Below are positions 12,001 through 24,234 of a stretch of DNA of 64,000 bases, piece after piece. Numbering within the stretch: the stretch's first letter is position 1; each line of letters starts with the position of its first letter. The position numbers were made by a program, and so were the translations under genes. The stretch is taken from the NCBI GenBank assembly GCA_002189035.1, contig NEEC01000136.1, positions 1-64,000 on the forward strand. Reading direction: 5' to 3'. Source of the DNA: Utricularia gibba. Taxonomy: Eukaryota; Plantae; Magnoliophyta. The notes beneath the pieces were generated by a model. That model saw only the letters and a list, made by a program, of their open reading frames with translations. It had not been told where the DNA came from and did no database searches.

Positions 12001-15000
12001 GCACAATAAGGTCCCATTCGACGAAAATCGTGATACCTTTATTGAAGTTAGGATCTCAAGACCACCCCAAATGCTTTTTTCAACAGCATGCTATACACTT
12101 GAGAAGGCGCTTTTGTGGGTCACCGAGATCGGGCCGGAATTCGGGTCGGCTCTGGGCCCAAAGTCAGCTGTAGCCCGTCAAAAGAAGTGATGCATTTATT
12201 AACGTTGGGTTGTCGGCGGCTGCCACATGGTTTTTCAAGCAACAGCTTGCCGTTTTAAGGCGGGTGCTGTCGTTGGCAGCTTTGTAAGGGCCCAAGGTTT
12301 GGTCTGGCTCCTGAGCCCAATCGGGTCCTACTCGATGAAAATCGTGATGCATTTAATGAAGTTATGATGTCATGAGCGCCCCAAATGGTTTTCTCAACAA
12401 CCTGATTTATATTTGACGAGGTGCTCTAGGCTGGCACTAGTATCGAGCAAATGGTCGAGTCGCGCTCTGGCCCATAGTCATTTTAGCCCGGCCAAAAAAG
12501 TGATGCATTTATTAACGTTGGGTTTTCGGCGGCTGCCTACATGCTTTTTCAAGGAAAAGTTGTCGTTTTTTGGCGGGTGCTGTTGTTGGGAACTTCGTCC
12601 GGACCCAAGGTTCGGTCTGACTTCACAGCACAATAAGGTCCCATTCGACGAAAATCGTGATACCTTTATTGAAGTGAGGATCTCATGACCACCCCAAATG
12701 CTTTTTTCAACAGCATGCTATACACTTGAGAAGGCGCTTTTGTGGGTCACCGAGATCGGGCCGGAATTCGGGTCGGGCTTGGGGCCAAAGTCAGCTGTAG
12801 CCCGTCAAAAGAAGTGATGCATTATTAACGTTGGGTTGTCGGCGGCTGCCCACATGGTTTTTCAAGCAACAGCTTGCCGTTTTAAGGTGGGTGCTGTCGT
12901 TGGCAGCTTTGTAAGGGCCCAAGGTTTGGTCTGGCTCCTTAGCCCAATCGGTCCTACTCGATGAAAATCGTGATGCATTTAATGAAGTTATGATGTCATG
13001 AGCGCCCCAAATGGTTTTCTCAACAACCTGATTTATATTTGACGAGGTGCTCTAGGCTGGCACTAGTATCGAGCAAATGGTCGAGTCGCGCTCTGGCCCA
13101 TAGTCATTTGTAGCCCGGCCAAAAAAGTGATGCATTTATTAACGTTGGGTTTTCGGCGGCTGCCTACATGCTTTTTCAAGGAAAAGTTGTCGTTTTTTGG
13201 CGGGTGCTGTTGTTGGGAACTTCGTCCGGACCCAAGGTTCGGTCTGACTTCACAGCACAATAAGGTCCCATTCGACGAAAATCGTGATACCTTTATTGAA
13301 GTTAGGATCTCATGACCACCCCAAATGCTTTTTCAACAGCATGCTATACACTTGAGAAGGCGCTTTTGTGGGTCACCGAGATCGGGCCGGAATTCGGGTC
13401 GGGCTGGGCCAAAGTCAGCTGTAGCCCGTCAAAAGAAGTGATGCATTTATTAACGTTGGTTGTCGGCGGCTGCCCACATGGTTTTTCAAGCAACAGCTTG
13501 CCGTTTTAAGGCGGTGCTGTCGTTGGCAGCTTTGTAAGGGCCCAAGGTTTGGTCTGGCTCCTTAGCCCAATCGGTCCTACTCGATGAAAATCGTGATGCA
13601 TTTAATGAAGTTAGGATGTCATGAGCGCCCCAAATGGTTTTCTCAACAACCTGATTTATATTGACGAGGTGCTCTAGGCTGGCACTAGTATCGAGCAAAT
13701 GGTCGAGTCGCGCTCTGGCCCATAGTCATTGTAGCCCGGCCAAAAAAGTGATGCATTTATTAACGTTGGGTTTTCGGCGGCTGCCTACATGCTTTTCAAG
13801 GAAGTGTCGTTTTTGGCGGGTGCTGTTGTTGGGAACTTCGTCCGGACCCAAGGTTCGGTCTGACTTCACAGCACAATAAGGTCCCATTCGACGAAAATCG
13901 TGATACCTTTATTGAAGTGAGGATCTCAAGACCACCCCAAATGCTTTTTTCAACAGCATGCTATACACTTGAGAAGGCGCTTTTGTGGGTCACCGAGATC
14001 GGGCCGGAATTCGGGTCGGGCTTGGGGACAAAGTCAGCTGTAGCCCGTCAAAAGAAGTGATGCATTTATTAACGTTGGGTTGTCGGCGGCTGCCCACATG
14101 GTTTTTCAAGCAACAGCTTGCCGTTTTAAGGTGGGTGCTGTCGTTGGCAGCTTTGTAAGGGCCCAAGGTTTGGTCTGGCTCCTTAGCCCAATCGGGTCCT
14201 ACTCGATGAAAATCGTGATGCATTTAATGAAGTTATGATGTCATGAGCGCCCCAAATGGTTTTCTCAACAACCTGATTTATATTTGACGAGGTGCTCTAG
14301 GCTGGCACTAGTATCGAGCAAATGGTCGAGTCGCGCTCTGGCCCATAGTCATTTGTAGCCCGGCCAAAAAAGTGATGCATTTATTAACGTTGGGTTTTCG
14401 GCGGCTGCCTACATGCTTTTTCAAGGAAAAGTTGTCGTTTTTTGGCGGGTGCTGTTGTTGGGAACTTCGTCCGGACCCAAGGTTCGGTCTGACTTCACAG
14501 CACAATAAGGTCCCATTCGACGAAAATCGTGATACCTTTATTGAAGTAGGATCTCATGACCACCCCAAATGCTTTTTTCAACAGCATGCTATACACTTGA
14601 GAAGGCGCTTTTGGGTCACCGAGATCGGGCCGGAATTCGGGTCGGGCTTGGGGGACAAAGTCAGCTGTAGCCCGTCAAAAGAAGTGATGCATTTATTAAC
14701 GTTGGGTTGTCGGCGGCTGCCCACATGGTTTTTCAAGCAACAGCTTGCCGTTTTAAGGGGGTGCTGTCGTTGGCAGCTTTGTAAGGGCCCAAGGTTTGGT
14801 CTGGCTCCTTAGCCCAATCGGGTCCTACTCGATGAAAATCGTGATGCATTTAATGAAGTTATGATGTCATGAGCGCCCCAAATGGTTTTCTCAACAACCT
14901 GATTTATATTTGACGAGGTGCTCTAGGCTGGCACTAGTATCGAGCAAATGGTCGAGTCGCGCTCTGGCCCATAGTCATTTGTAGCCCGGCCAAAAAAGTG

Positions 15001-17500
15001 ATGCATTTATTAACGTTGGGTTTTCGGCGGCTGCCTACATGCTTTTTCAAGGAAAAGTTGTCGTTTTTTGGGGGTGCTGTTGTTGGGAACTTCGTCCGGA
15101 CCCAAGGTTCGGTCTGACTTCACAGCACAATAAGGTCCCATTCGACGAAAATCGTGATACCTTTATTGAAGTGAGGATCTCATGACCACCCCAAATGCTT
15201 TTTTCAACAGCATGCTTTAAACTTGAGAAGGCGCTTTTGTGGGTCACCCAGATCGGGGAATTCGGGTCGGCTTGGGGGACAAAGTCAGCTGTAGCCCGTC
15301 AAAAGAAGTGATGCATTTATTAACGTTGGGTTGTCGGCGGCTGCCCACATGGTTTTTCAAGCAACAGCTTGCCGTTTTAAGGTGGGTGCTGTCGTTGGCA
15401 GCTTTGTAAGGGCCCAAGGTTTGGTCTGGCTCCTTAGCCCAATCGGGTCCTACTCGATGAAAATCGTGATGCATTTTAATGAAGTTATGATGTCATGAGC
15501 GCCCCAAATGGTTTTCTCAACAACCTGATTTATATTTGACGAGGTGCTCTAGGCTGGCACTAGTATCGAGCAAATGGTCGAGTCGCGCTCTGGCCCATAG
15601 TCATTTGTAGCCCGGCCAAAAAAGTGATGCATTTATTAACGTTGGGTTTTCGGCGGCTGCCTACATGCTTTTTCAAGGAAAAGTTGTCGTTTTTTGGCGG
15701 GTGCTGTTGTTTGGGAACTTCGTCCGGACCCAAGGTTCGGTCTGACTTCACAGCACAATAAGGTCCCATTCGACGAAAATCGTGATACCTTTATTGAAGT
15801 GAGGATCTCAAGACCACCCCAAATGCTTTTTTCAACAGCATGCTATACACTTGAGAAGGCGCTTTTGTGGGTCACCGAGATCGGGCCGGAATTCGTCGGG
15901 CTTGGGGGACAAAGTCAGCTGTAGCCCGTCAAAAAGAAGTGATGCATTTATTAACGTTGGGTTGTCGGCGGCTGCCCACATGGTTTTTCAAGCAACAGCT
16001 TGCCGTTTTAAGGTGGGTGCTGTCGTTGGCAGCTTTGTAAGGGCCCAAGGTTTGGTCTGGCTCCTTAGCCCAATCGGGTCCTACTCGATGAAAATCGTGA
16101 TGCATTTAATGAAGTTAGGATGTCATGAGCGCCCCAAATGGTTTTCTCAACAACCTGATTTATATTTGACGAGGTGCTCTAGGCTGGCACTAGTATCGAG
16201 CAAATGGTCGAGTCGCGCTCTGGCCCATAGTCATTTGTAGCCCGGCCAAAAAAGTGATGCATTTATTAACGTTGGGTTTTCGGCGGCTGCCTACATGCTT
16301 TTCAAGGAAAAGTTGTCGTTTTTTGGCGGGTGCTGTTGTTGGAACTTCGTCCGGACCCAAGGTTCGGTCTGACTTCACAGCACAATAAGGTCCCATTCGA
16401 CGAAAATCGTGATACCTTTATTGAAGTGAGGATCTCATGACCACCCCAAATGCTTTTTTCAACAGCATGCTATACACTTGAGAAGGCGCTTTTGTGGGTC
16501 ACCCAGATCGGGCCGGAATTCGGGTCGGCTGGGGACAAAGTCAGCTGTAGCCCCAAAAGAAGTGATGCATTTATTAACGTTGGGTTGTCGGCGGCTGCCC
16601 ACATGGTTTTTCAAGCAACAGCTTGCCGTTTTAAGGTGGGTGCTGTCGTTGGCAGCTTTGTAAGGGCCCAAGTTTGGTCTGGCTCCTTAGCCCAATCGGG
16701 TCCTACTCGATGAAAATCGTGATGCATTTAATGAAGTTATGATGTCATGAGCGCCCCAAATGGTTTTCTCAACAACCTGATTTATATTTGACGAGGTGCT
16801 CTAGGCTGGCACTAGTATCGAGCAAATGGTCGAGTCGCGCTCTGGCCCATAGTCATTTGTAGCCCGGCCAAAAAAGTGATGCATTTATTAACGTTGGGTT
16901 TTCGGCGGCTGCCTACATGCTTTTTCAAGGAAAAGTTGTCGTTTTTTGGCGGGTGCTGTTGTTGGGAACTTCGTCCGGACCCAAGGTTCGGTCTGACTTC
17001 ACAGCACAATAAGGTCCCATTCGACGAAAATCGTGATACCTTTATTGAAGTGAGGATCTCATGACCACCCCAAATGCTTTTTTCAACAGCATGCTTAAAC
17101 TTGAGAAGGCGCTTTTGTGGGTCACCCAGATCGGGCCGGAATTCGGTCGGGCTTGGGGACAAAGTCAGCTGTAGCCCGTCAAAAGAAGTGATGCATTTAT
17201 TAACGTTGGTTGTCGGCGGCTGCCCACATGGTTTTTCAAGCAACAGCTTGCCGTTTTAAGGCGGGTGCTGTCGTTGGCAGCTTTGTAAGGGCCCAAGGTT
17301 TGGTCTGGCTCCTTAGCCCAATCGGGTCCTACTCGATGAAAATCGTGATGCATTTAATGAAGTTATGATGTCATGAGCGCCCCAAATGGTTTCTCAACAA
17401 CCTGATTTATATTTGACGAGGTGCTCTAGGCTGGCACTAGTATCGAGCAAATGGTCGAGTCGCGCTCTGGCCCATAGTCATTTGTAGCCCGGCCAAAAAA
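1..17500 (+). repeat. Domain 1: AB dimer HOR, ~622-628 bp, about 28 copies
   Basis: A-monomer starts at 513, 1137, 1761, 2388, 3010, 3638 ... 16876, 17501. Typical alleles: GGGCTTGGGG(G)ACAAAG, CCTTAGCC, TTAAGGTGGG, GAAGTTATGATG, GAAGTGAGGATC. Confidence 0.95.
198..824 (+). repeat. Representative unit showing the internal ~157 bp sub-repeat (halves b1, b2, a1, a2)
   Basis: Half-units start at 198 (b1), 356 (b2), 513 (a1) and 670 (a2), with the next b1 at 825; lengths 158/157/157/155. b1 GTGATGCATTTATTAACGTTGGGTTGTCGGCGGCTGCCCACATGGTTTT aligns ungapped with b2 GTGATGCATTTAATGAAGTTAGGATGTCATGAGCGCCCCAAATGGTTTT at 37/49 identities (hand count). Confidence 0.92.
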
Positions 17501-20500
17501 GTGATGCATTTATTAACGTTGGGTTTTCGGCGGCTGCCTACATGCTTTTTCAAGGAAAAGTTGTCGTTTTTTGGCGGGTGCTGTTGTTGGGAACTTCGTC
17601 CGGACCCAAGGTTCGGTCTGACTTCACAGCACAATAAGGTCCCATTCGACGAAAATCGTGATACCTTTATTGAAGTTAGGATCTCATGACCCCCAAATGC
17701 TTTTTTCAACAGCATGCTATAAACTTGAGAAGGCGCTTTTGTGGGTCACCGAGATCGGGCCGGAATTCGGGTCGAGCTACAAAGTCAGCTGTAGCCCGAA
17801 AAGAAGTGATGCATTTATTAACGTTGGGTTGTCGGCGGCTGCCCACATGGTTTTTCAAGCAACAGCTTGCCGTTTTAAGGCGGGTGCTGTCGTTGGCAGC
17901 TTTGTAAGGGCCCAAGGTTCGGTCTGGCTCCTGAGCCCAATCGGGTCCTACTCGATGAAAATCGTGATGCATTTGGTTAGGATGTCATGAGCCCCAATGG
18001 TTTTCGAGAAGGCGCTCTCCGAATAGTCAGTTGTAGCCCGCATTTATCAACGTTGACAAGCAACAGCTTGCCGTTTTAAGGCAGCCCAAGCTGGCTCCTG
18101 AGCCAATCGGGTCCTACTCGATGAAAATCGTGATGCATTTAATGAAGTTAGGATGTCATGAGCGCCCCAAATGGTTTTCTCAACAACCTGATTTTATTCG
18201 ACGAGGTGCTGCTGGCACTAGTATCGAGCAAATGGTCGAGTCGCGCTCTGGCCCATAGTCATTTGTAGCCCGGCCAAAAAAGTGATGCATTTATTAACGT
18301 TGGGTTTTCGGCGGCTGCCTACATGCTTTTTCAAGGAAAAGTTGTCGTTTTTTGGCGGGTGCTGTTGTTGGGAACTTCGTCCGGACCCAAGGTTCGGTCT
18401 GACTTCACAGCACAATAAGGTCCCATTCGACGAAAATCGTGATACCTTTATTGAAGTTAGGATCTCATGACCACCCCAAATGCTTTTTTCAACAGCATGC
18501 TTACACTTGAGAAGGCGCTTTTGTGGGTCACCGAGATCGGGCCGGAATTCGGGTCGAGCTCGGGCCAAAGTCAGCTGTAGCCCGACAAAAGAAGTGATGC
18601 ATTTATTAACGTTGGGTTGTCGGCGGCTGCCCACATGGTTTTTCAAGCAACAGCTTGCCGTTTTAAGGCGGGTGCTGTCGTTGGCAGCTTTGTAAGGGCC
18701 CAAGGTTCGGTCTGGTCCTGAGCCCAATCGGGTCCCGATGAAAATCGTGATGCATTTATGTCATGAGCCCCAATGGTTTTCTCCAGGAGAGGCGCTCTCG
18801 GCTCGGGTCGGGCTGCCATAGTCAGTTGTAGCCCGGAAAATAAGTGATGCATTTATCAACGTTGGGTTTCGGCGGCTGCCTAAATGGTTTTTCAAGCAAC
18901 AGCTTGCCGTTTTAAGGCGGTGCTGTCGTTGGCAGCTTTGTAAGGGCCCAAGGTTTGGTCTGGCTCCTGAGCCCAATCGGGTCCTACTCGATGAAAATCG
19001 TGATGCATTTAATGAAGTTAGGATGTCATGAGCGCCCCAAATGGTTTTCTCAACACCTGATTTATATTTGACGAGGTGCTCTAGGCTGGCACTAGTATCG
19101 AGCAAATGGTCGAGTCGCGCTCTGGCCCATAGTCATTTGTAGCCCGGCCAAAAAAGTGATGCATTTATTAACGTTGGGTTTTCGGCGGCTGCCTACATGC
19201 TTTTTCAAGGAAAAGTTGTCGTTTTTTGGCGGGTGCTGTTGTTGGGAACTTCGTCCGGACCCAAGGTTCGGTCTGACTTCACAGCACAATAAGGTCCCAT
19301 TCGACGAAATCGTGATACCTTTATTGAAGTTAGGATCTCATGACCACCCCAAATGCTTTTTTCAACAGCATGCTATACACTTGAGAAGGCTTTTGTGGGT
19401 CACCGAGATCGGGCCGGAATTCGGGTCGAGCTCGGGCCCAAAGTCAGCTGTAGCCCGACAAAAGAAGTGATGCATTTATTAACGTTGGGTTGTCGGCGGC
19501 TGCCCACATGGTTTTTCAAGCAACAGCTTGCCGTTTTAAGGCGGGTGCTGTCGTTGGCAGCTTTGTAAGGGCCCAAGGTTTGGTCTGGCTCCTGAGCCCA
19601 ATCGGGTCCTACTCGATGAAAATCGTGATGCATTTAATGAAGTTAGGATGTCATGAGCGCCCCAAATGGTTTTCTCAACAACCTGATTTTATTCGACGAG
19701 GTGCTTTAGCTGGCTCTAGTATCGAGCAAATGGTCGAGTCGCGCTCTGGCCCATAGTCATTTGTAGCCCGGCCAAAAAAGTGATGCATTTATTAACGTTG
19801 GGTTTTCGGCGGCTGCCTACATGCTTTTTCAAGGAAAAGTTGTCGTTTTTTGGCGGGTGCTGTTGTTGGGAACTTCGTCCGGACCCAAGGTTCGGTCTGA
19901 CTTCACAGCACAATAAGGTCCCATTCGACGAAAATCGTGATACCTTTATTGAAGTTAGGATCTCATGACCACCCCAAATGCTTTTTTCAACAGCATGCTA
20001 TACACTTGAGAAGGCGCTTTTGTGGGTCACCGAGATCGGGCCGGAATTCGGGTCGAGCTCGGGCCCAAAGTCAGCTGTAGCCCGACAAAAGAAGTGATGC
20101 ATTTATTAACGTTGGGTTGTCGGCGGCTGCCCACATGGTTTTTCAAGCAACAGCTTGCCGTTTTAAGGCGGGTGCTGTCGTTGGCAGCTTTGTAAGGGCC
20201 CAAGGTTCGGGTCTGGCTCCTGAGCCCAATCGGGTCCTACTCGATGAAAATCGTGATGCATTTTTTGTTAGGATGTCATGAGAACCCCAATGGTTTTCTC
20301 CAACTACTTTATATTTGAGAAGGCGCTCTCGCAAAGGTCGGTCGGGCTCTGCCCATAGTCATTGTAGCCCGGAAAAAAGTGATGCATTTATCAACGTTGG
20401 GTTTTCGGCGGCTGCCTAAATGGTTTTTCAAGCAACAGCTTGCCGTTTTAAGGCGGTGCTGTCGTTGCTCCCAAGGTTTGGTCTGGCTCCTGTCGGGTCC

Positions 20501-23450
20501 TACTCGATGAAAATCGTGATGCATTTAATGAAGTTAGGATGTCATGAGCGCCCCAAATGGTTTTCTCAACAACCTGATTTATATTTGACGAGGTGCTCTA
20601 GGCTGGCACTAGTATCGAGCAAATGGTCGAGTCGCGCTCTGGCCCATAGTCATTTGTAGCCCGGCCAAAAAAGTGATGCATTTATTAACGTTGGGTTTTC
20701 GGCGGCTGCCTACATGCTTTTTCAAGGAAAAGTTGTCGTTTTTTGGCGGGTGCTGTTGTTGGGAACTTCGTCCGGACCCAAGGTTCGGTCTGACTTCACA
20801 GCACAATAGGTCCCATTCGACGAAATCGTGATACCTTTATTGAAGTTAGGATCTCATGACCCCCAAATGCTTTTTTCAACAGCATGCTTTAAACTTGAGA
20901 AGGCGCTTTTGTGGGTCACCGAGATCGGGCCGGAATTCGGGTCGAGCTCGGGCCCAAAGTCAGCTGTAGCCCGACAAAAGAAGTGATGCATTTATTAACG
21001 TTGGGTTGTCGGCGGCTGCCCACATGGTTTTTCAAGCAACAGCTTGCCGTTTTAAGGCGGGTGCTGTCGTTGGCAGCTTTGTAAGGGCCCAAGGTTTGGT
21101 CTGGCTCCTGAGCCCAATCGGGTCCTACTCGATGAAAATCGTGATGCATTTAATGAAGTTAGGATGTCATGAGCGCCCCAAATGGTTTTCTCAACAACCT
21201 GATTTTATTTGACGAGGTGCTTTAGGCTGGCACTAGTATCGAGCAAATGGTCGAGTCGCGCTCTGGCCCATAGTCATTTGTAGCCCGCCAAAAAAGTGAT
21301 GCATTTATTAACGTTGGGTTTTCGGCGGCTGCCTACATGCTTTTTCAAGGAAAAGTTGTCGTTTTTTGGCGGGTGCTGTTGTTGGGAACTTCGTCCGGAC
21401 CCAAGGTTCGGTCTGACTTCACAGCACAATAAGGTCCCATTCGACGAAAATCGTGATACCTTTATTGAAGTTAGGATCTCATGACCGCCCCAAATGCTTT
21501 TTTCAACAGCATGCTTACACTTGAGAAGGCGCTTTTGTGGGTCACCGAGATCGGGCCGGAATTCGGGTCGAGCTCGGCCAAAGTCAGCTGTAGCCCGAAA
21601 AAGAAGTGATGCATTTATTAACGTTGGGTTGTCGGCGGCTGCCCACATGGTTTTTCAAGCAACAGCTTGCCGTTTTAAGGCGGGTGCTGTCGTTGGCAGC
21701 TTTGTAAGGGCCCAAGGTTCGGTCTGGCTCCTGAGCCCAATCGGGTCTACTCGATGAAAATCGTGATGCATTTGCTTTTGTTAGGATGTCATGAGAACCC
21801 AATGGTTTTCTCCACACTCTACTTTATATTTGAGAAGATTGGGCAAGAGGTCGGGTCGGGCTCTGCCCATAGTCATTGTAGCCCGGAAAATAAGTGATGC
21901 ATTTATCAACGTTGGGTTTTCGGCGGCTGCCTAAATGGTTTTTCAAGCAACAGCTTGCCGTTTTAAGGCGGTGCTGTCGTTGGCAGCTTTGTAAGGGCCC
22001 AAGGTTTGGTCTGGCTCCTGAGCCCAATCGGGTCCTACTCGATGAAAATCGTGATGCATTTAATGAAGTTAGGATGTCATGAGCGCCCCAAATGGTTTTC
22101 TCAACAACCTGATTTTTATTTGACGAGGTGCTTAGCTGGCTTAGTATCGAGCAAATGGTCGAGTCGCGCTCTGGCCCATAGTCATTTTAGCCCGGCCAAA
22201 AAAGTGATGCATTTATTAACGTTGGGTTTTCGGCGGCTGCCTACATGCTTTTTCAAGGAAAAGTTGTCGTTTTTTGGCGGGTGCTGTTGTTGGGAACTTC
22301 GTCGGACCCAAGGTTCGGTCTGACTTCACAGCACAATAAGGTCCCATTCGACGAAAATCGTGATACCTTTATTGAAGTTAGGATCTCATGACCCCCAAAT
22401 GCTTTTTTCAACAGCATGCTATACACTTGAGAAGGCGCTTTTGTGGGTCACCGAGATCGGGCCGGAATTCGGGTCGAGCTCGGGCCCAAAGTCAGCTGTA
22501 GCCCGAAAGAAGTGATGCATTTATTAACGTTGGGTTGTCGGCGGCTGCCCACATGGTTTTTCAAGCAAGCTTGCCGTTTTAAGGCGGGTGCTGTCGTTGG
22601 CAGCTTTGTAAGGGCCCAAGGTTTGGTCTGGCTCCTGAGCCCAATCGGGTCCTACTCGATGAAAATCGTGATGCATTTAATGAAGTTAGGATGTCATGAG
22701 CGCCCCAAATGGTTTTCTCAACAACCTGATTTATATTTGACGAGGTGCTCTAGGCTGGCACTAGTATCGAGCAAATGGTCGAGTCGCGCTCTGGCCCATA
22801 GTCATTTGTAGCCCGGCCAAAAAAGTGATGCATTTATTAACGTTGGGTTTTCGGCGGCTGCCTACATGCTTTTTCAAGGAAAAGTTGTCGTTTTTTGGCG
22901 GGTGCTGTTGTTGGGAACTTCGTCCGGACCCAAGGTTCGGTCTGACTTCACAGCACAATAAGGTCCCATTCGACGAAAATCGTGATACCTTTATTGAAGT
23001 TAGGATCTCATGACCACCCAAATGCTTTTTTCAACAGCATGCTATACACTTGAGAAGGCGCTTTTGTGGGTCACCGAGATCGGCCCGGAATTCGGGTCGA
23101 GCTCGGCCCAAAGTCAGCTGTAGCCCGACAAAAGAAGTGATGCATTTATTAACGTTGGGTTGTCGGCGGCTGCCCACATGGTTTTCAAGCAACAGCTTGC
23201 CGTTTTAAGGCGGGTGCTGTCGTTGGCAGCTTTGTAAGGGCCCAAGGTTTGGTCTGGCTCCTGAGCCCAATCGGGTCCTACTCGATGAAAATCGTGATGC
23301 ATTTAATGAAGTTAGGATGTCATGAGCGCCCCAAATGGTTTTCTCAACAACCTGATTTATATTTGACGAGGTGCTCTAGGCTGGCACTAGTATCGAGCAA
23401 ATGGTCGAGTCGCGCTCTGGCCCATAGTCATTTGTAGCCTGGTCAAAAAA
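17501..23450 (+). repeat. Domain 2: SacI-allele AB units with four incomplete D/C monomers (cryptic pentamer)
   Basis: Alleles switch to TCGAGCTCGGGCCCAAAG, CCCGACAAAAG, CCTGAGCCC, GAAGTTAGG. A starts at 17501, 18282, 19156, 19780, ~20671, 21296, ~22203, 22825, so spacings mix ~625 bp and ~780-910 bp. Confidence 0.85.
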
Positions 23451-23922
23451 GCGATGCATTTATTAACGTTGGGTTTTCGGCGGCTGCCTACATGCTTTTT
23501 GAAGCAAAAGTTGTCGTTTTTTGGCGGGTGCTGTTGTTGGGAACTTCGTCCGGACCCAAGGTTCGGTCTGACTTCACAGCACAATAAGGTCCCATTCGAC
23601 GAAAATCGTGATACCTTTATTGAAGTTAGGATCTCATGACGCCCCAAATGCTTTTTTCAACAGCATGCTTTAAACTTGAGAAGGCGCTTTTGTGGGTCAC
23701 CGAGATCGGGCCGGAATTCAGGTCGGGCTTGGGGGACAAAGTCAGCTGTAGCCCGTCAAAAGAAGTGATGCATTTATTAACGTTGGCTTGTCGGCGGCTG
23801 CCCACATGGTTTTTAAAGCAACAGCTTGCCGTTTTAAGGCGGGTGCTGTCGTTGGCAGCTTTGTAAGGGCCCAAGGTTCGGTCTGGCTCCTGAGCCCAAT
23901 CGGGTCCTACTCGATGAAAATC

Positions 23923-24234
23923 GTGATGCATTTGCTTTTGTTAGGATGTCATGAGAACCCAATGGGTTTTCTCCACACTCTACTTTATATTTGAGAAGGC
24001 GCTCTCGGGGGTTTAGGGATTGGGCCAGAGGTCGGGTCGGGCTCACGCCCATAGTCAGTTGTAGCCCGGAAAATAAGTCATGCATTTATCAACGTTGGGT
24101 TTTCGGCGGCTGCCTAAATGGTTTTTCAAGCAACAGCTTGCCGTTTTAAGGCGGGTGCTGTCGTTGGCAGCTTTGTACGGGCCCAAGGTTTGGTCTGGCT
24201 CCTGAGCCCAATCGGGTCCTACTCGATGAAAATC
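23923..24234 (+). repeat. Representative full D/C monomer (d2+c1, 312 bp)
   Basis: d2 is GTGATGCATTTGCTTTTGTTAGG...CCACACTCTACTTTATATTTGAGAAGGCGCTCTCGGGGGTTTAGGGATTGGG...GGAAAATAA. c1 is GTCATGCATTTATCAACG...CCTAAATGG, which differs from b1 at only about 5-6 positions. Confidence 0.9.
24009..24018 (+). other. Plant-type telomere motif GGGTTTAGGG embedded in d2 of the pentamer HOR
   Basis: TTTAGGG occurs at 24012, 26182, 27744, 29301, 30858, 33958 and 35529, once per HOR unit. It is deleted in the unit near 32405. Confidence 0.85.
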
